NCBI GenBank assembly: GCA_030390025.1
Contig: JASTWF010000048.1
Location: 1,302,001 to 1,366,000, forward strand
Direction: 5' to 3'
Source: Squalus acanthias
Lineage: Eukaryota
Length of the DNA stretch: 64,000 nt
Shown: one piece after another, positions 40,070-53,545 of the stretch
Position numbering within the stretch: position 1 is the first letter of the stretch
Layout: the number at the start of each line of letters is the position of its first letter
Program-made: the position numbers and the translations under genes
The notes under the pieces: generated by a model
The model's database searches: none
The model's input: only the letters and a program-made list of their open reading frames with translations
What the model was told of the DNA's origin: nothing

Positions 40070-41670
40070 TAGTAAAATGACAGTACCTGAAAAATTAATG
40101 GGATTAAAAGTAATAAATTCCTCGGAGCGGATGACCTACATCCTAGGGTTTTGAAAAAGGTGGCCATTGGGATAGTGGTCGCATTGGTTGTCATCTTCCA
40201 AAATTCTATAGATTCTGGAACGGTTCCTGCAGATTGGAGGATAGCAAATGTAACCCCGCTATCTAGGAAAGGAGGGAGAGAGAAAACTGAGAACTACAGA
40301 CCTGTCAGCCTTACATCAGCAGTTGGGAAAATGGTGGTATCTATTATAAAGGAAGCAATAACTGGGCACTTAGAAACTAATAGTAAGATAGGGCAGAGTC
40401 AACAAAACTATAGGATTTCTTTGAGGATGTAACTAGTGGAGGAGACAAAGCGGAACCGGTAGATGTGGAGTATCTGGATTTTCAGAAGGCTTTCGATAAG
40501 GTCCCAAACAAGAGTTTGGTGAACAAAATTAGGGCACATGGAATTGGGGGCGATATACCAGCATGGATTGAGAATTGGTTAACAGACAGAAAACAGAGAA
40601 TAGGATAAACGGGTCTTTTTCAGGATGACTAGTGGGGTACCGCAAGGATCGGTGCTTGGGCCCCAGCTATTCACAAATTATATCAATGATTTGGATTAGG
40701 GGACTAAATGTGACATTTCTAAATTTGGTGATGATACAAAGCTAGGTGGCAGTGTTAGTTGTGAAGAGGTTGTGTAGAGACTTCAAGGGGATCTCTACAG
40801 GCTTAGTGAGTGGGCGATAACATGGCAGATGTAATTTAATGTGGATAAATGTGAGCTTATTCACTTTGGTTGAAAAAACAGAAAAGCAGAGTATTTCCTC
40901 AATAGTGAAAGATTGGGGAGTGCAGATCTTCGAAGCGACTTGGTTGTCCTTGTACATGAGTCACTGAAAGTGAATGTACAGGTGCAGCAAGTCATTAGGA
41001 AGGCAAACGGTATGCTGGCCTTCATTGCAATGGATTTGAGTACAGGAGTAAAGAAGTCTTACTCCAATTATATAGGGCCTTGGTGAGACCACACCTGAAG
41101 TACTGTGTGCAATTTTGGTCTCCTTCGCTAACGAAGGATATACTTGACGTAGAAGGTGTGCAACGAAGGTTCACGAGATTGATTCCTGGGATGGCGGGAC
41201 TGTCGTATAAGAAGTAATTGAGTAAACTAGGCCTGTATTCTCTTGAATTCAGAAGAATGAGAGGGGATCTCATTGAAGCATACAAAATAATTACAGGGCT
41301 TGATAGGGTGGATGCTGGGAGAATGTTTCCCTTGGCTGTGGAGTCTAGAACCAGGGGCCACAGCCTCAGGATAAATGGTAGGCCATTCAGGACTGAGATG
41401 AGAAGAGATTTCTTCACACAGTGTGTGTTGAATCTTTCGAATTCTCTAGCCCAGAGGGCGGGGAGGCTCAGTCATTGAGTATATTCAACACAGAAGTCGC
41501 TAGATTGCAGACTAGTAAAGGCATCAAGGGATATGGCGATAGGGTCGGTGAATTGAGTTGAGGCAGTAGATCAGCCAGGATCTCATTGAATGGCGGAGCA
41601 GGTTCGAGGGGTCGAATGGCATACTCCTGCTCCTATTTCTTCTGTTCATATGCTCTTAATTTCTTATGCT
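40070..41670 (+). mobile_element. Second CR1 LINE copy, 5'-truncated and disrupted
   Basis: PADWRIANVTPL..ENYRPVSLTS, YLDFQKAFDKVP, KFGDDTK and LGLYSLEFRRMRGDLIE, plus 3'UTR. Confidence 0.93.
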
Positions 41671-42017
41671 CCTATTTTTATACCCGTACTGTCCCTGTAT
41701 CCAATGCGTGCTGTTCCTGTGTCTTAGGAGTGCTGTCCCTGTAGCTAACTCGTGCAGCCCATATATTTAATCACTTCAGTCGCTGTACCTATCCCGTACT
41801 GTCCCTGTATCTGACACTTGCATCTTACGCATGCCTTCCCTGTATCTAACCCGTACTGTGCTGTATCTAACGCGTGCTGTCACTGGATCTAACCGGTGCT
41901 GTCTCTCCTCACACACCAACCCACCCGCCCCCCTCCCCCATCCTTCGCCTCTGGAAATACAGCACCCCCAAAAATGCAGCGACTGGTTCAGTCCTGAGCG
42001 CCGATCTCGACAGCACC

Positions 42018-42465
42018 GGATACTTGAGGCAACGTCCCGGTTCCTTGTGTCACAGTGGGGTCGCCAGGCGCAGTAACACAGCTCCAAGTGGTTCGCTCAC
42101 AGGCGGACCGTTTTCAGGTGGAAGTTGGAGTCATCGGTTCTGGAGGCGGTGACGCCGTCCAGCTCTCCCGCCGGGTCGATGCTATCGGTATTGGGAGAGT
42201 AGTCTGGGAGCTGGCGGTACCAGGAAAACTCTGAGCCGAAGTTGCCCAACGCAGAACAGCGGATCCGCAGCAGGGAGCGCAGGGAATCGGAGATTACAGG
42301 CGGAATTTGCTGAACTTTGCCGATTGCTAAACCTGAGAATGTACGAAAAAGACTGGGTTAAAACATGGGGCCGTTGACATTCGGAGCCAAACTGCGCTCA
42401 AGTAATGCCGAGAGAGACTTACTGTGCAACAGCAGCGCAGACAAAAGAAATCGGGTTAAATGCAT
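42018..42465 (-). pseudogene. TCR V pseudogene B4
   Basis: Leader 42465-42423; V exon 42332-42058 with a ~20-nt deletion in FR2 (near 42202); heptamer CACTGTG; nonamer decayed. Confidence 0.85.
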
Positions 42466-43122
42466 TTTGTTGTACAGTTTTCAGAAGAGAAACAAACCGG
42501 GATTTTGTAAAAAAAAATCTGCTCTCCCGGCGGCTGCGTGTCGGTTTATGTAACTGCAGTTCTGTTTGATTGACAGCAGCTGCCCGCTCACTCCATTCCT
42601 CGCCCCTTACAGTCTGATTGACATCTGTCGACATAACCCCGCCCCCTCCCAGCACCTCTCGACTCTCCGCTTAACAGATGACCCCCATCCCTGGTACCAT
42701 TCTGGTAAATCTCTCCTGCAAGCTCTGCCTGGCCTTGACATCCTTCTAAAGTGGCATTGCCCATGCTTGGGGTCACTTTTCTAGCTGGGGCTGCAGAAAC
42801 TCGTTTTTCAATTGTTAACCATTAAAAGAAAACGAACAATGTTGTGAGGAAGTTGTTGCTCAATTAGATACTCACACAATACCCGAAATAAAACAGTGAA
42901 TTGGTCAACATTGAAATATATTCCGGCCGGTGATGTTTTAGCAAATAGTTCCGGCTCAGTCTAAAATCCGCTTCGGTTTGATTGGCACAGTGTCAGAGCC
43001 GGAAGTTGCATTAAACAGTTGCAATCGTCCCTAGAGCAAGTAAACACAAGCAGCAGCAAATAAATTATATTTGGCCACAGAATTCACGATCTGATATAGA
43101 TGGTGTTTGACTCGTTACGGAA

Positions 43123-43250
43123 NNNNNNNNNNNNNNNNNNNNNNNNNNNNNNNNNNNNNNNNNNNNNNNNNNNNNNNNNNNNNNNNNNNNNNNNNNNNNN
43201 NNNNNNNNNNNNNNNNNNNNNNNNNNNNNNNNNNNNNNNNNNNNNNNNNN
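43123..43250. other. Assembly gap in the CT-rich repeat, at the position paralogous to the first gap
   Basis: Run of N. Confidence 1.
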
Positions 43251-43499
43251 TTTCTCTTATAGTTTTCTTTTGTTTGTCTTTCATTCTTTCTTTGTTTCTC
43301 CTTTTCTCTCTTTTCTTCCTCATTTCTTTTTACATTACTTTTTCGTCTTACTTTCTTACTTGATTTTTTCTCCGAGGCGCCATGGCGGTAATGGTGAGGT
43401 GGTTAAACAACCTCTTTCTGCCTCTATTTCTTTCCCTCTATTTCAATCTCTCTTTCTCTTTGACTTTCTTATTGTCTTTGCTTCCTCCTTTCATTCCAT

Positions 43500-44320
43500 C
43501 CCTCAGTACTGCCCCTCCAAATGTCCAGCGCTCCCGCAGAACTATTCTTCCGACACAGCAGCACTACCTCAGGACTGCAGCTCCGACATTGCAGTATTTC
43601 CCTCATTACAGCCCCTCTGAACATGCAGCGCTCCCTCAGTACTGCTCTTCCAGCAGTGCAGCATTCTATCAGTACTAACCCACCGACAGCGCAGCAGTCG
43701 GTCAGTACTGCCCCTCCAACAGTGCAGCATTACATCAGTATTGCCCCCGACAGTGCCGCACGCCATCAGCACTGCCTCTCTGACAATGCAGCTCTAACTC
43801 AGTACGGCGCCTCCCACAGTGCAGCGTTCCCTCAGTACTGCAACTCTGAAGTTGCAGTGCTCCCTCAGTGCTGCCCCTCCGACACTGCAGCACTCCGTCA
43901 GGACTGCCCCTCCGGCAGTGCAACGCTCCCTCAGTACTGCCTTTCCGACAGTGCAGCACTCCGTCAGTTTAGCAATTCCGACAGTGCAGCATTCCATCAG
44001 TATTGCGCCCCCCGCCCCGACAATGCAGCACTCCGTCAGTGCTGCCCTCCGACAATGACGCGCTGCCTCAGTACTGCCCCTCCGACAGTGCAGCATTCAT
44101 TCAGCATTGCACTCCGGCAGTGCAGCGCTCCATCAGTACTGTCCCTCCGATAGTGATGCGCTCCCTCAGTATTGCCCTCTGACAGCTCAGCACTTCCTCT
44201 GTACTTCCCGTCCGATAGTGCAGTATTCCCTCAGTACTGTCCTCCAACAGTGCAGCACTGCATCAGTACTGCTGCTTCGAGAATGCAGTACTTCCTCAGT
44301 ACTGTCCCTCCGATAGTGCA
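43500..44320. repeat. 33-bp minisatellite array starting at a deletion junction
   Basis: Unit order matches the arrays at 11235 and 62740. Confidence 0.88.
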
Positions 44321-46212
44321 TCATGATACGGAATGCACTACCTTAAAGTGCGATGGAACTAAATTCAATAGTACATTTCCAATGGGAACTGGCTATACAT
44401 TTGAAAAGGAAAATAAATTAAGGGCTAAAATAAAAAGAGAAAATGCTGGAAATACTTAAAAGGTCAGGCAGCATCTGTGGACAGAGAAACAGAGTTAACG
44501 TTTCAGGTCGATGACCTTCGTTTGTATAGGTTAAGGGCTATTGGATAAGAGCAGAGTTTGGGACTAATTGTTTTGGGGAGACTAAAACTCGTCGTCTTAA
44601 ATATAAGATAGCCACGAATACATCCAATAGGGAATTCAGGAGCAATCTAATTTCACATCGAGTGATGAGAGCATTTTAAAGGAAGCTATATAAGGACAGG
44701 CAGGGGAAACGGATAGATGGATATGCTTTAATGGTGAGATGAGAAGGGCTGGGAGGAGAATCATGTGGGACTAATTGGCAAGCTCTTTCTAACAGACGGA
44801 CCGGGATCGGTGGGCCGAATTGCCTCCTTCTGTGCTGCACCATCAATGATTCTATAAACAACAGAACATTGTTGCGTCAAAGTTCGCTCCAGATTCAGGC
44901 AGTGCTAGTTTCAGTTCCCATTTGCGTAACGAGAATTAAAGGGTTAAATTCTTCGCGGGGCTGCACTACTGGATTCTTTGAAAAACACATCAAAAGGCAT
45001 CAAGAGTCTGATAGACAGGTGGGTTAACGGTTTTAAACAGGCACTCAAACATCTGTCAGGAGGCAGGTGTTCCAGTGAGAAACGGATCTGGAGCAGCATC
45101 TCGCCTTTGCACAGGGTGAAACATCGGTCACCCGTTTAAAGACTCTAAGATGAACTATTTCCTATTTGTACGGGGCTGTGGCGCTTAGAGCAGAGAAGGT
45201 TAAGGGGTGATTTGAAAGAGCTGTTGAAAAGCATGATTTTTTTTCATGGATTCGGTAATGAGAAACTGTATCCAGTGTCAGGAGGGTCGATAAACAGAGA
45301 AGGCAGATTTAAGGTAATAGGCAAAAGAACCAGAGGGCGAGATGAGTAGAATCTTTCTCCTCAGTGAATTGTTATGATCTGGAATGCGCTGTCTGAACGT
45401 GTGGTGAAGCAGATTCAATAGTATTTTTTGAAAAGGGATTTGGATAAATACTTGAAGCGGAATTATATTCAGTTGTATGGGGATCGGATCAAGGGATTGT
45501 GACCAATTAGATAGCTTCTTCAAAAATAACGCTCAATGGACAGAATGGCCTTCTTCTGTGCTATATCATTCTATGATTCTGTGATAATCAGCGCATCTCT
45601 CGTCGGTATTGTGATAGCGCAATTAACACGTGGAAAAGACAACTCCTCTGATAGCGTGAGCTTGGGTACTATTCACTGGTATAATCGGGAGCTATGCATA
45701 ATTCCTTCCCATATTACTACGTCCGTTCTTTCAACACTAACACTAACCCATTTACCCCACCTCATAATCTGTTGTTAAAATGTATAGGATCCTTAATGAA
45801 AAGGACATCCAAAATGTTGAAACAGCATTTGTATGCATTAATAAACTATTGTAATAATCTGAAGCGAAAGAGAGTAAGCAGCTGAATCAATATGCATAAA
45901 AAAGTAATCCATGATATATCATTTATTTGAACGAAATTATTTAAAAATAGCAATAGATAGATGATAAAACTCTTATAGATAGATGGTGATAGATAGATAT
46001 AGCGATAGATCGATCAGAGCTGGATAGACAGATCGATGACAATTCGATGCATAGATCGCGGCTGGATAGACAGATAGATAGATAGACAGATAGAAAGACA
46101 GAAAGACAGACAGACAGATAGATGGATAAATGGGTAAAGATGCAGACAAACAGACTCACAGACGCACAACGAGACAGATCTGTCTCCCACGGTTATTTCC
46201 TGCCGCCTTTCG

Positions 46213-46251
46213 GGTTTTTGTTCAGCTCCTCCATCTCTCTGAGTCACTGTG
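46213..46251 (-). other. 23-RSS of A5
   Basis: CACAGTG-23-ACAAAAACC. Confidence 0.97.
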
Positions 46252-47167
46252 CAGACTCCTGGCACAGTAATACACGGCCGAGTGATTTGCCCGCAGACTG
46301 GTGGACTCCAGGTAGAAGTGGGAGTAGTCAGGTCGCCTGGCGGTGAATCCATCCACCTCACCAGAGGGAGTGACCACTTCTGCGACGTTAGAATAGAAAA
46401 GGTTTTCAGGCTCCCTGTTGGGATGCCAGCGGTACCAGTAGAAATTGGTACTAGCTGTTGCTTTTGTGTAAAGACACTTGATGCGAAATGGAATGCCCGG
46501 GGAACTGGATATAGAAGCGGGAGTCTGTTCGATCAGCGCGGCTCGCACACCTGTAAAACAGAGAAAGAGAGAGAGTGATGGATAAAACCAGGGAGACAAT
46601 GCATATAGACACCCACCATGAAGGGGCAGAGCAGGGGAGAGACAGAGTGAGGGCGGGAGTGGGCGAGAGAAGCAGAGAAACACAGCGAGATGGAGAGAGA
46701 GACAGAGACAATGATAGACCGAATGTGACACAGAGAGATAAACCGAGGGACAATCTAATTATGGACAGAGGACGAGAAGGAGCACACGAGGAGAGAGCGA
46801 TCGAAAAGTAAAGAAAGAAAGAGAGGCACAGAGAGAGGGAAACATAGAGACAAAGAGAGAGAGGCTCTCAAAGACAGAGACTGAGAGACAACGGAATTAA
46901 AAATGGACAGTCAGGCAGTAAGACAGACTGAGAGACACAGAGCGGCAGAGAGAGAGAGAGAGTGCGGCAGACAGAATGAGAGACAGAGAGAGAAAGACAG
47001 AGCGACCGAGAGAGCAAATTATAAAGCGTGGTAGACAGAATCTACACCAGCCCGCAGTGTGAAGTGATACACGGGGAAATAAACGTAACGGGCGCAAAAA
47101 TCTCACAGTCCAGCTCCACCTTACCCGTTAACAGCAGCAACACAACCCAGAGCTGATGTACAGTCAT
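46252..47167 (-). CDS. TRBV: TCR V gene A5, apparently functional; ends YYCARSL
   Basis: Leader 47167-47125 MTVHQLWVVLLLLT; V exon 46550-46252 open; decamer AGTGATATCA at 47211-47202. Confidence 0.9.
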
Positions 47168-48391
47168 CTCTGGAGGGAGAAAGATCCGGGTGTTTATGAT
47201 GTGATATCACTGAGCCGTTTCATTGTAGAATATCACAAAGTTCAGAGCAATGTGTGGAATTTGCTGTCGCCTCCTCTCCAATGTTAAACTTTCGGATGGG
47301 AGGGGCCAATCTCTCTTCAATTGTTCATTCGCTCCCACTTCGGGGATGGTCATTTCCGGGGCGGGGCTAATGAGCACCCCGGATAATCGGTGGTCTGCCT
47401 CATCCCTTTGATGGCGGACGCTGGGTTTTTTTCAGCGTGTAACAACCCCGAGGCTCCATCTGAGATACCAGTGATGGTGAGGGAGTGAGAAAAGGCAGTT
47501 TTACTCTCTGTCTGACTCATTCTGCGGAGTAAATCTGCATCTCATCAGTGAGTGAGGGGCTTTATTATGTATCTCACCAGGGAGTGAGGGGCTTCACACG
47601 GAGTTTACGCACTAACTGAAGGGCTTTACTCTCTATCTAATCAGTGAGTGGTGGACCTTACTCTTTATCTAACTAACGGATCATGGACTTTACACTGTAT
47701 CTGACTAGTATATGATGGCATTCACTCTTTACCTAATCAATAATTGATGAGCTTTACTCTGTACCTAACTAAAGGATCATGGGTTTTACTTTGTCTCTAA
47801 CCAGTAAACGATGGGGTTCAATCTGTAGGAAATCAATGATTCACGGGACCTTCTCTGTATCTAATCACTGTATCAAGCAGGGCTGCCCATGTATCTAACC
47901 CGTGCTCTCACTTATCGCAACCGTGTTAATGGATATCTAATCCATGCTGCCCATGTATTTAATCAGTTCCGTCCCTGTACCTATACCGTACTGTCCCTGT
48001 ATCTAATCCGTACTCTCCTTATATCTTACCTGTACTCTGCCTATACCTAACGGGTACTGTGCCTCTATCTAACGCCTGCTGTCCCTGTATCTAATGTGTG
48101 CTGTTCCTGTATCTTAGGAGCGCTGTGCCTGTATCGAACCCGTGCAGCCCATATATTTAATCAGGTTAGTCCTTGTACCTATCCCCTACTCTCCCTGCAT
48201 CTTACGCATACTCTCCCTCTATCAAACACGTACTGTCCGGTATCTAAGGCGTGCTCTACCTGTATCTAACCAGTGCTGCCCTTTCTCACACACCAAACCC
48301 GCCCCCCAGCTAACTGCCGCCTCTGGTTGGACTCCACACCCAGCGAAGCAGCGACTGGTTCGGTCCTGAGCTCCGTTCTCAGCTGCATTGT

Positions 48392-48860
48392 TTTTTTTGT
48401 TGCACCACCCCGGCTCCTTGTGTCACTGCGCAATCGCCAGGCGCAATAATGTACCCCCGAGTGGTTCGCTCGCAGGCGGGCCGATTGCAGCTGGAAGGTG
48501 GAGTCTTCGGGTCTAGAGGAGGTGTTGCCGTATAGCTCTCCCGCCGGCTCGATGCGGTTGGTATTGGGAGAGTAGAAGAGCAGCAAGAGATGTCCATCTG
48601 TGATCTGGCGGTACCAGGAAAACTCTGAGCCGAAGTTGGCATCTGCAGAACAGCGGATCTGCACTGGCGAGTGCAGGGAATGGGAGATTACAGGCGGATT
48701 TTGCCGAAATTTGCCGCTCGCTACACTTGCGAATAGTAGGAAAATGATTGGGTAAAAACAGGGGGCCGTTCACTATCGGAGGCAAACTGCGCCCAAGCAA
48801 TGCCGAGAGAGACTTACTGTGTAAAAGCAGCGCAGACACAAGATATCGGGATAAATGCAT
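48392..48860 (-). pseudogene. TCR V gene B5: open V frame but defective signals
   Basis: Leader 48860-48818; V exon 48726-48431 open; acceptor AG changed to AA (48728-48727); RSS CGCAGTG-23-ACAAAAAAA. Confidence 0.85.
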
Positions 48861-49524
48861 TTTGTTGTACAGTTTGCACAAGAGTAACATACGGAGATTT
48901 TGTAAAAATCTGCTCTCTGGGCGGCTGCGTGGCGGCTTTATGTAACTGTAGTTCTGTTTGATTGACAGCCGCTGCCCGCTTACTCCAGGCCCCGCCCCCT
49001 TACAGTCTGATTGACAGCTGTCGACTTAACCCCGCCCCCTCCATGGTTCTCCCGACTCTTCACTTAACTGAAGTCCTTCATCCCTGGTACCAATCTGGAA
49101 TATCTCCCCTCCAACCTCTGTCTGCTGTGGACATCCGTCCGAAGGCGCGTTGCCCATGTTTGGATTCACTTTTCTAGCTGGGGCTGGAGAAACCCGTTTC
49201 TCAATTTCTAAACTTAGAAACAAAACGAACTACGTTGTGAGGAAGTTGTTGCTCAATTCGATTCTGACATGGCACCAGAAATAAAACATTGAATTCGAGA
49301 AAATTGATCTTCCTCTTGGTAGTGTAATGCAATCCGGCTCTTCTCGTTTAGCAAACAGTTCCGGTTCAGTCTTAGATCCGCTTCGGTTTGATTGGCATAC
49401 TGTCAGAGCCGGAAGTTGCAACTAAACACAATTAAGCAAATACATTGTATTGGGCCACATGATTCACAAGTTGATTTTGATGGTGTTTGAATCGCTACAG
49501 AAATACTTTTCTTCCTCTCTGCCT

Positions 49525-50260
49525 TTTATTGCTGGGGGACAGATTATAAAAACAGGGAGATATTGCTGCAGTTATATGGGGTATTGGTGAGACCGCACCT
49601 GGAATACTGCATACAGTTTTGTGGTCAATACTTAAGAAAATACATACTTGCTCTCGAGGCAGTACAAAGAAGTTTCACTCGGTTAATCCCCGGGATGACG
49701 GGGTGGACATATGAGGAGAGGTTGAGTAGATTGGGACTCTACTCATTGGAGTTCACAAGAGTGAGAGGCGATCTTATTGAAACATATAAGATTGTGAAGG
49801 GGCTTGATCGGGCGGATGCGGTCAGCATGTTCTCAAGGATGGGTGAAACTAGAACTAGGGGGCATAATCTTGGAATAAGGGGATGCTCTTTCAAAACTGA
49901 GATGAGGAGATACTTCTTCACTCAGAGGGTAGTAGGTCTGTGGAATTTGCTGCCCCAGGAAGCTGTGGAAGCTGCATCCTTAAATAAATTTAAAGCAAAA
50001 ATAGACAGTTTCCTAGAAGTAAAGGGAATTAGGGGTTAATGAGAGCGGGTATGAGGCTGAGTTCGGATCGGTCGAGGCCCTGTGGGTGGCGTAGCGGGCC
50101 CAGGGGCTGAGTGACCAGATCCTGTTCCAACTTCTTGTGTTCTTCAGATTTGAGGTGAGGATCAGATCAGCCATGATCTTATTGAATGGTGGTGCAGGCT
50201 CGAAGGGCCGATTGGCCTACTCCTGCTCCTATTTCTTATGTTCTTATGTTCTTATGTTCT
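49525..50260 (+). mobile_element. 5'-truncated CR1 insertion, specific to this cassette
   Basis: Open 158-aa ORF2 C-terminus LVRPHLEYCIQF..LGLYSLEF..FFTQRVVGLWN with a (TTCTTATG)n tail. Confidence 0.92.
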
Positions 50261-52754
50261 TTCTTTCTTCTTCCTTTATTTCTTCTTTCTATCTTTCTTT
50301 CGTTTCTTTCTTACTCTCCGTTTCTTTTTGTTTGTCTTTCATTCTATGTCATTTCCTTTCTTTCCTAATTTATTTTGTTCTTCCTTTTTTTGTCTTCCTT
50401 TCTTACTTGCTTTCTCTCCGAGGCTCCATATGAGATGGCAGTAATGGTGAGGTGATTAAACAACCTCTTTCTCCCACTTTTTAATTTCCACTTTCAATCT
50501 CTTTTTCGCTTTGACTTCCTTTTTGTTTTTTGTTTCCTGCTTTCATTCCATCGCTCCCTTTACTTTCTTTCTACCTTTATCATTAACTTTGCCTTCTTGT
50601 CTATTTCTTTCTAAATTAACAACGACAACTTGCATTTATATAGCGCATTTTACGTAGTAAAACGTCCCAAGGCTTTTCACAGGAGCGTTAGTAAAAAAAA
50701 AAATGACACCGAGCTAATTAAGGAGATGTCAGGGCAGATGGCCAAAAGCTTGGTTAAAGAGCGAGGTTGTAAGGGGCGTCTTAAAGGAGCAATGAGGTGT
50801 GGAGAGGCGGAGATGTTTAGCGAGAGAATTCAAAAGATTACGGCCTCGTCAGCTGAATGCACGGCCGCTAATGGTGGAACGATTAAAATTCGGGTTTGCG
50901 GAAGAACCCAAAATTGCAAGAACGCAGATATCTCGTACGGTTGTGGGGCTGGAGGAGGTTTCAGAGAGGGTGGGGCGAGACCATGGAGGGATTTGAAAGC
51001 AAGCATGAGAAATTTAAAATGGAGGCGTTGTTGAACCGGGAGACAATGTAAGTCAGCGAGCAGAGGGGTGATGGGTGAACGCGGCTTGGTATGAGTTAGA
51101 ATAGGAGGAGCGCATTTTTAGCTTAGGGAGCGGGAAAGTGGGAAGCCGGCCAGTAGTGCGTTGGAATGTTCAGTCTGGAGGTAACAACGGCATGGATCAG
51201 GGTTACAGCAGCGGAAGAGCTGAGGCAGGAGCAGAACCGGTGATGTTACGGAGGTTCAAGTAGGCGGTCTTAGTGATGGCGTGGAGTTCAGCAGTGGTGA
51301 TCCCCAAGGATCCGTTTGGATTCCGTTAATCTTTGCAATTTCTGGAATCTTCCTAGACTCGGGTGCAGGGAGCAGCATTATAATGTTTTCAAATGATACA
51401 AGACTTGTCAAAGTAGCAGATAGTGATGAGGATATTTATAGGCTTCAGGACGAACCAAACAGGACGGCGAAATCGGCAGAAGCATGGCAGATGGAGATCA
51501 ATGTGGAGAAGGGTGAAGTGGTCCACTTTTGAGCACTATATGGAAGGACAGGATACTATAAAGGGGACGATTTTGCAAAGTGTAGATGATCAGAGAGACA
51601 TTAGTGTCCATATACACAAATCTTTAAAGGTGGCAGGGTAATTGATAATGTGGTTAAAAAGCACGTGGGTAACTTGGGTTTATAAATAGACCAATAGAAA
51701 ATAAAATCAAAGAGATCATACTGGAAATTTAGAAAATACTGGTTAGGCCTCAGCTGGAGTATTGTGAACAATTCTGGTACCAAACTGCAGGAAAGATGTA
51801 AAGGCCTTAGAAAGGGTACAGAGGAGGTTTACCAGGAAGTTACCAGGGATGAGGGACTTCAGCTTTGAGGAGAAGTTCGAAAAGTTAGGCCTGTTCTCCT
51901 TGCAACAGAAAAGTTTAAGAGGTGAGCAGATAGATATTTTCTAAACTTTGAGAGGATTTGACAGAGAAAACTATAGAAATAGTTTCCTCTGTCGAGTGGT
52001 TCAATAGCCAGAGTTCGTAGAAACCTATAAAATTAGGCATGGCTCATACTGTGCCAAAGCAGGTCGTGGCATATGCTACATTTAACCTACAGCGCCAGCT
52101 AGTGGCAACAAAGTGCATCTACAAGTAACTGGGACGTGTTACTTTCCAAGTACAATTGATTTGGCAGGCATCTTCAAGTCATGTCCTGAAATTGATCCGC
52201 CTTTAAATTATTTTCTCCTCTCCTTCAGATGTTAACGACCTTACATAGAATTACATCGAATTAACAGCACGGAATCCTGTCCAACTGATCCATGCAGGGG
52301 TTTATCCTCTACACGAGCCTCCTCCCACCTCACTAAATCTCACCCTATCAGCAGAGCCTTCTACTCCTTTCTCACGAGTGTCTTTATCCAGCTTCTATGG
52401 TATTTGCCTCAAGCAGTCCTTGAGGTAGTAATTTCCACATTTTCACCACTCTCTGTCGAATGAGGTTTCTCCAGAGTTCCTGTTTGAATTTTGTTTTCAT
52501 TATCTTACATACGTGGCTCGCATTTTGGATCAACATCATAAGTAGAAACATAATTTCTACGTTTAGCCTATCAAATTCTTCCATAATCTTAAATTAATCC
52601 AAGTGTGGGCTAACAACGCCATATGGAGACCAGCACTGTGTCCGGTATTCTAAGTGTGGTCTAATCAAGTGATATGGAGATTAGAACTGAGTGCTCGGCG
52701 CTGTTCTCTGAATCCTCTGTAAAATTACACGACTCTGACGGCAGTTCGTCTGAT

Positions 52755-52793
52755 GGTTTTTGTCTAGGCGGCGGATGACTCTGAACCGCTGTG
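52755..52793 (-). other. 23-RSS of C4
   Basis: CACAGCG-23-ACAAAAACC. Confidence 0.95.
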
Positions 52794-53545
52794 TCCCATC
52801 AGCAGCTGCACAGAAATACACTGCCGCATCCGTGTGTTTAACCCTGCCGATCTTCAGAGTGGATTTCTTATTTTCGACAGTCCTCGTAATGGCAAATCCG
52901 CTCTGAAAACCCTCTCCAAACTGAGCTTCACTGCTTAAATAAATAGACCCGATGTAGGTGAATCCTTGTCCAGCGGATCGTCGATACCACAGCATGTTCG
53001 TGCGGGCTGATCCATTCTGATAACAATTTAATGCGGCCTCGCCCCGCGGATCAACAGTAATCGAGGTCGGCCACTGATGGATCACATCCGCCAGCGGACA
53101 GTCTGAAAAAGAGGCGGCACAGATGATAAAAACAATCTGATGTACTTGAGAAACTCGGTTGGCTTTTCAAATAAAGCCCGGGGCGGAAAACCGACATTGT
53201 GGAGCCTCCGATTCGCAACCGCCAGTTAAAATGTACACGATAATTCTGGGATTATCGCCAAATGAACAACATAATGGGGATTATCTTAGAGTTAGGTAAG
53301 AAAGAACGAGATTCAGCAACTTTGAATTATAATGAGAACAATCTACGCATCAATAAATATTAAAACAGCTAAAATAACATTAATCGTCACAGATAATTGC
53401 TCGTTAATCATGATCGAATAACACAATGTAGCTGAGTAAATATTTTTCATGAATGGATGATAGTAGTACATCACTTATAATTGTTCAACATTATCTTACT
53501 CGGTGCCAGCAATAAAAGAGCAAAGGCCAACAAATTCAATTGCAT
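52794..53545 (-). CDS. TRBV: TCR V gene C4, apparently functional
   Basis: Leader 53545-53500 MQLNLLAFALLLLAP; V exon 53102-52794 open to YFCAAADG. Confidence 0.9.

Noticed and set aside
38150-41670. Possible active reverse transcriptase gene
   Set aside because: 5'-truncated with multiple stops and frameshifts.
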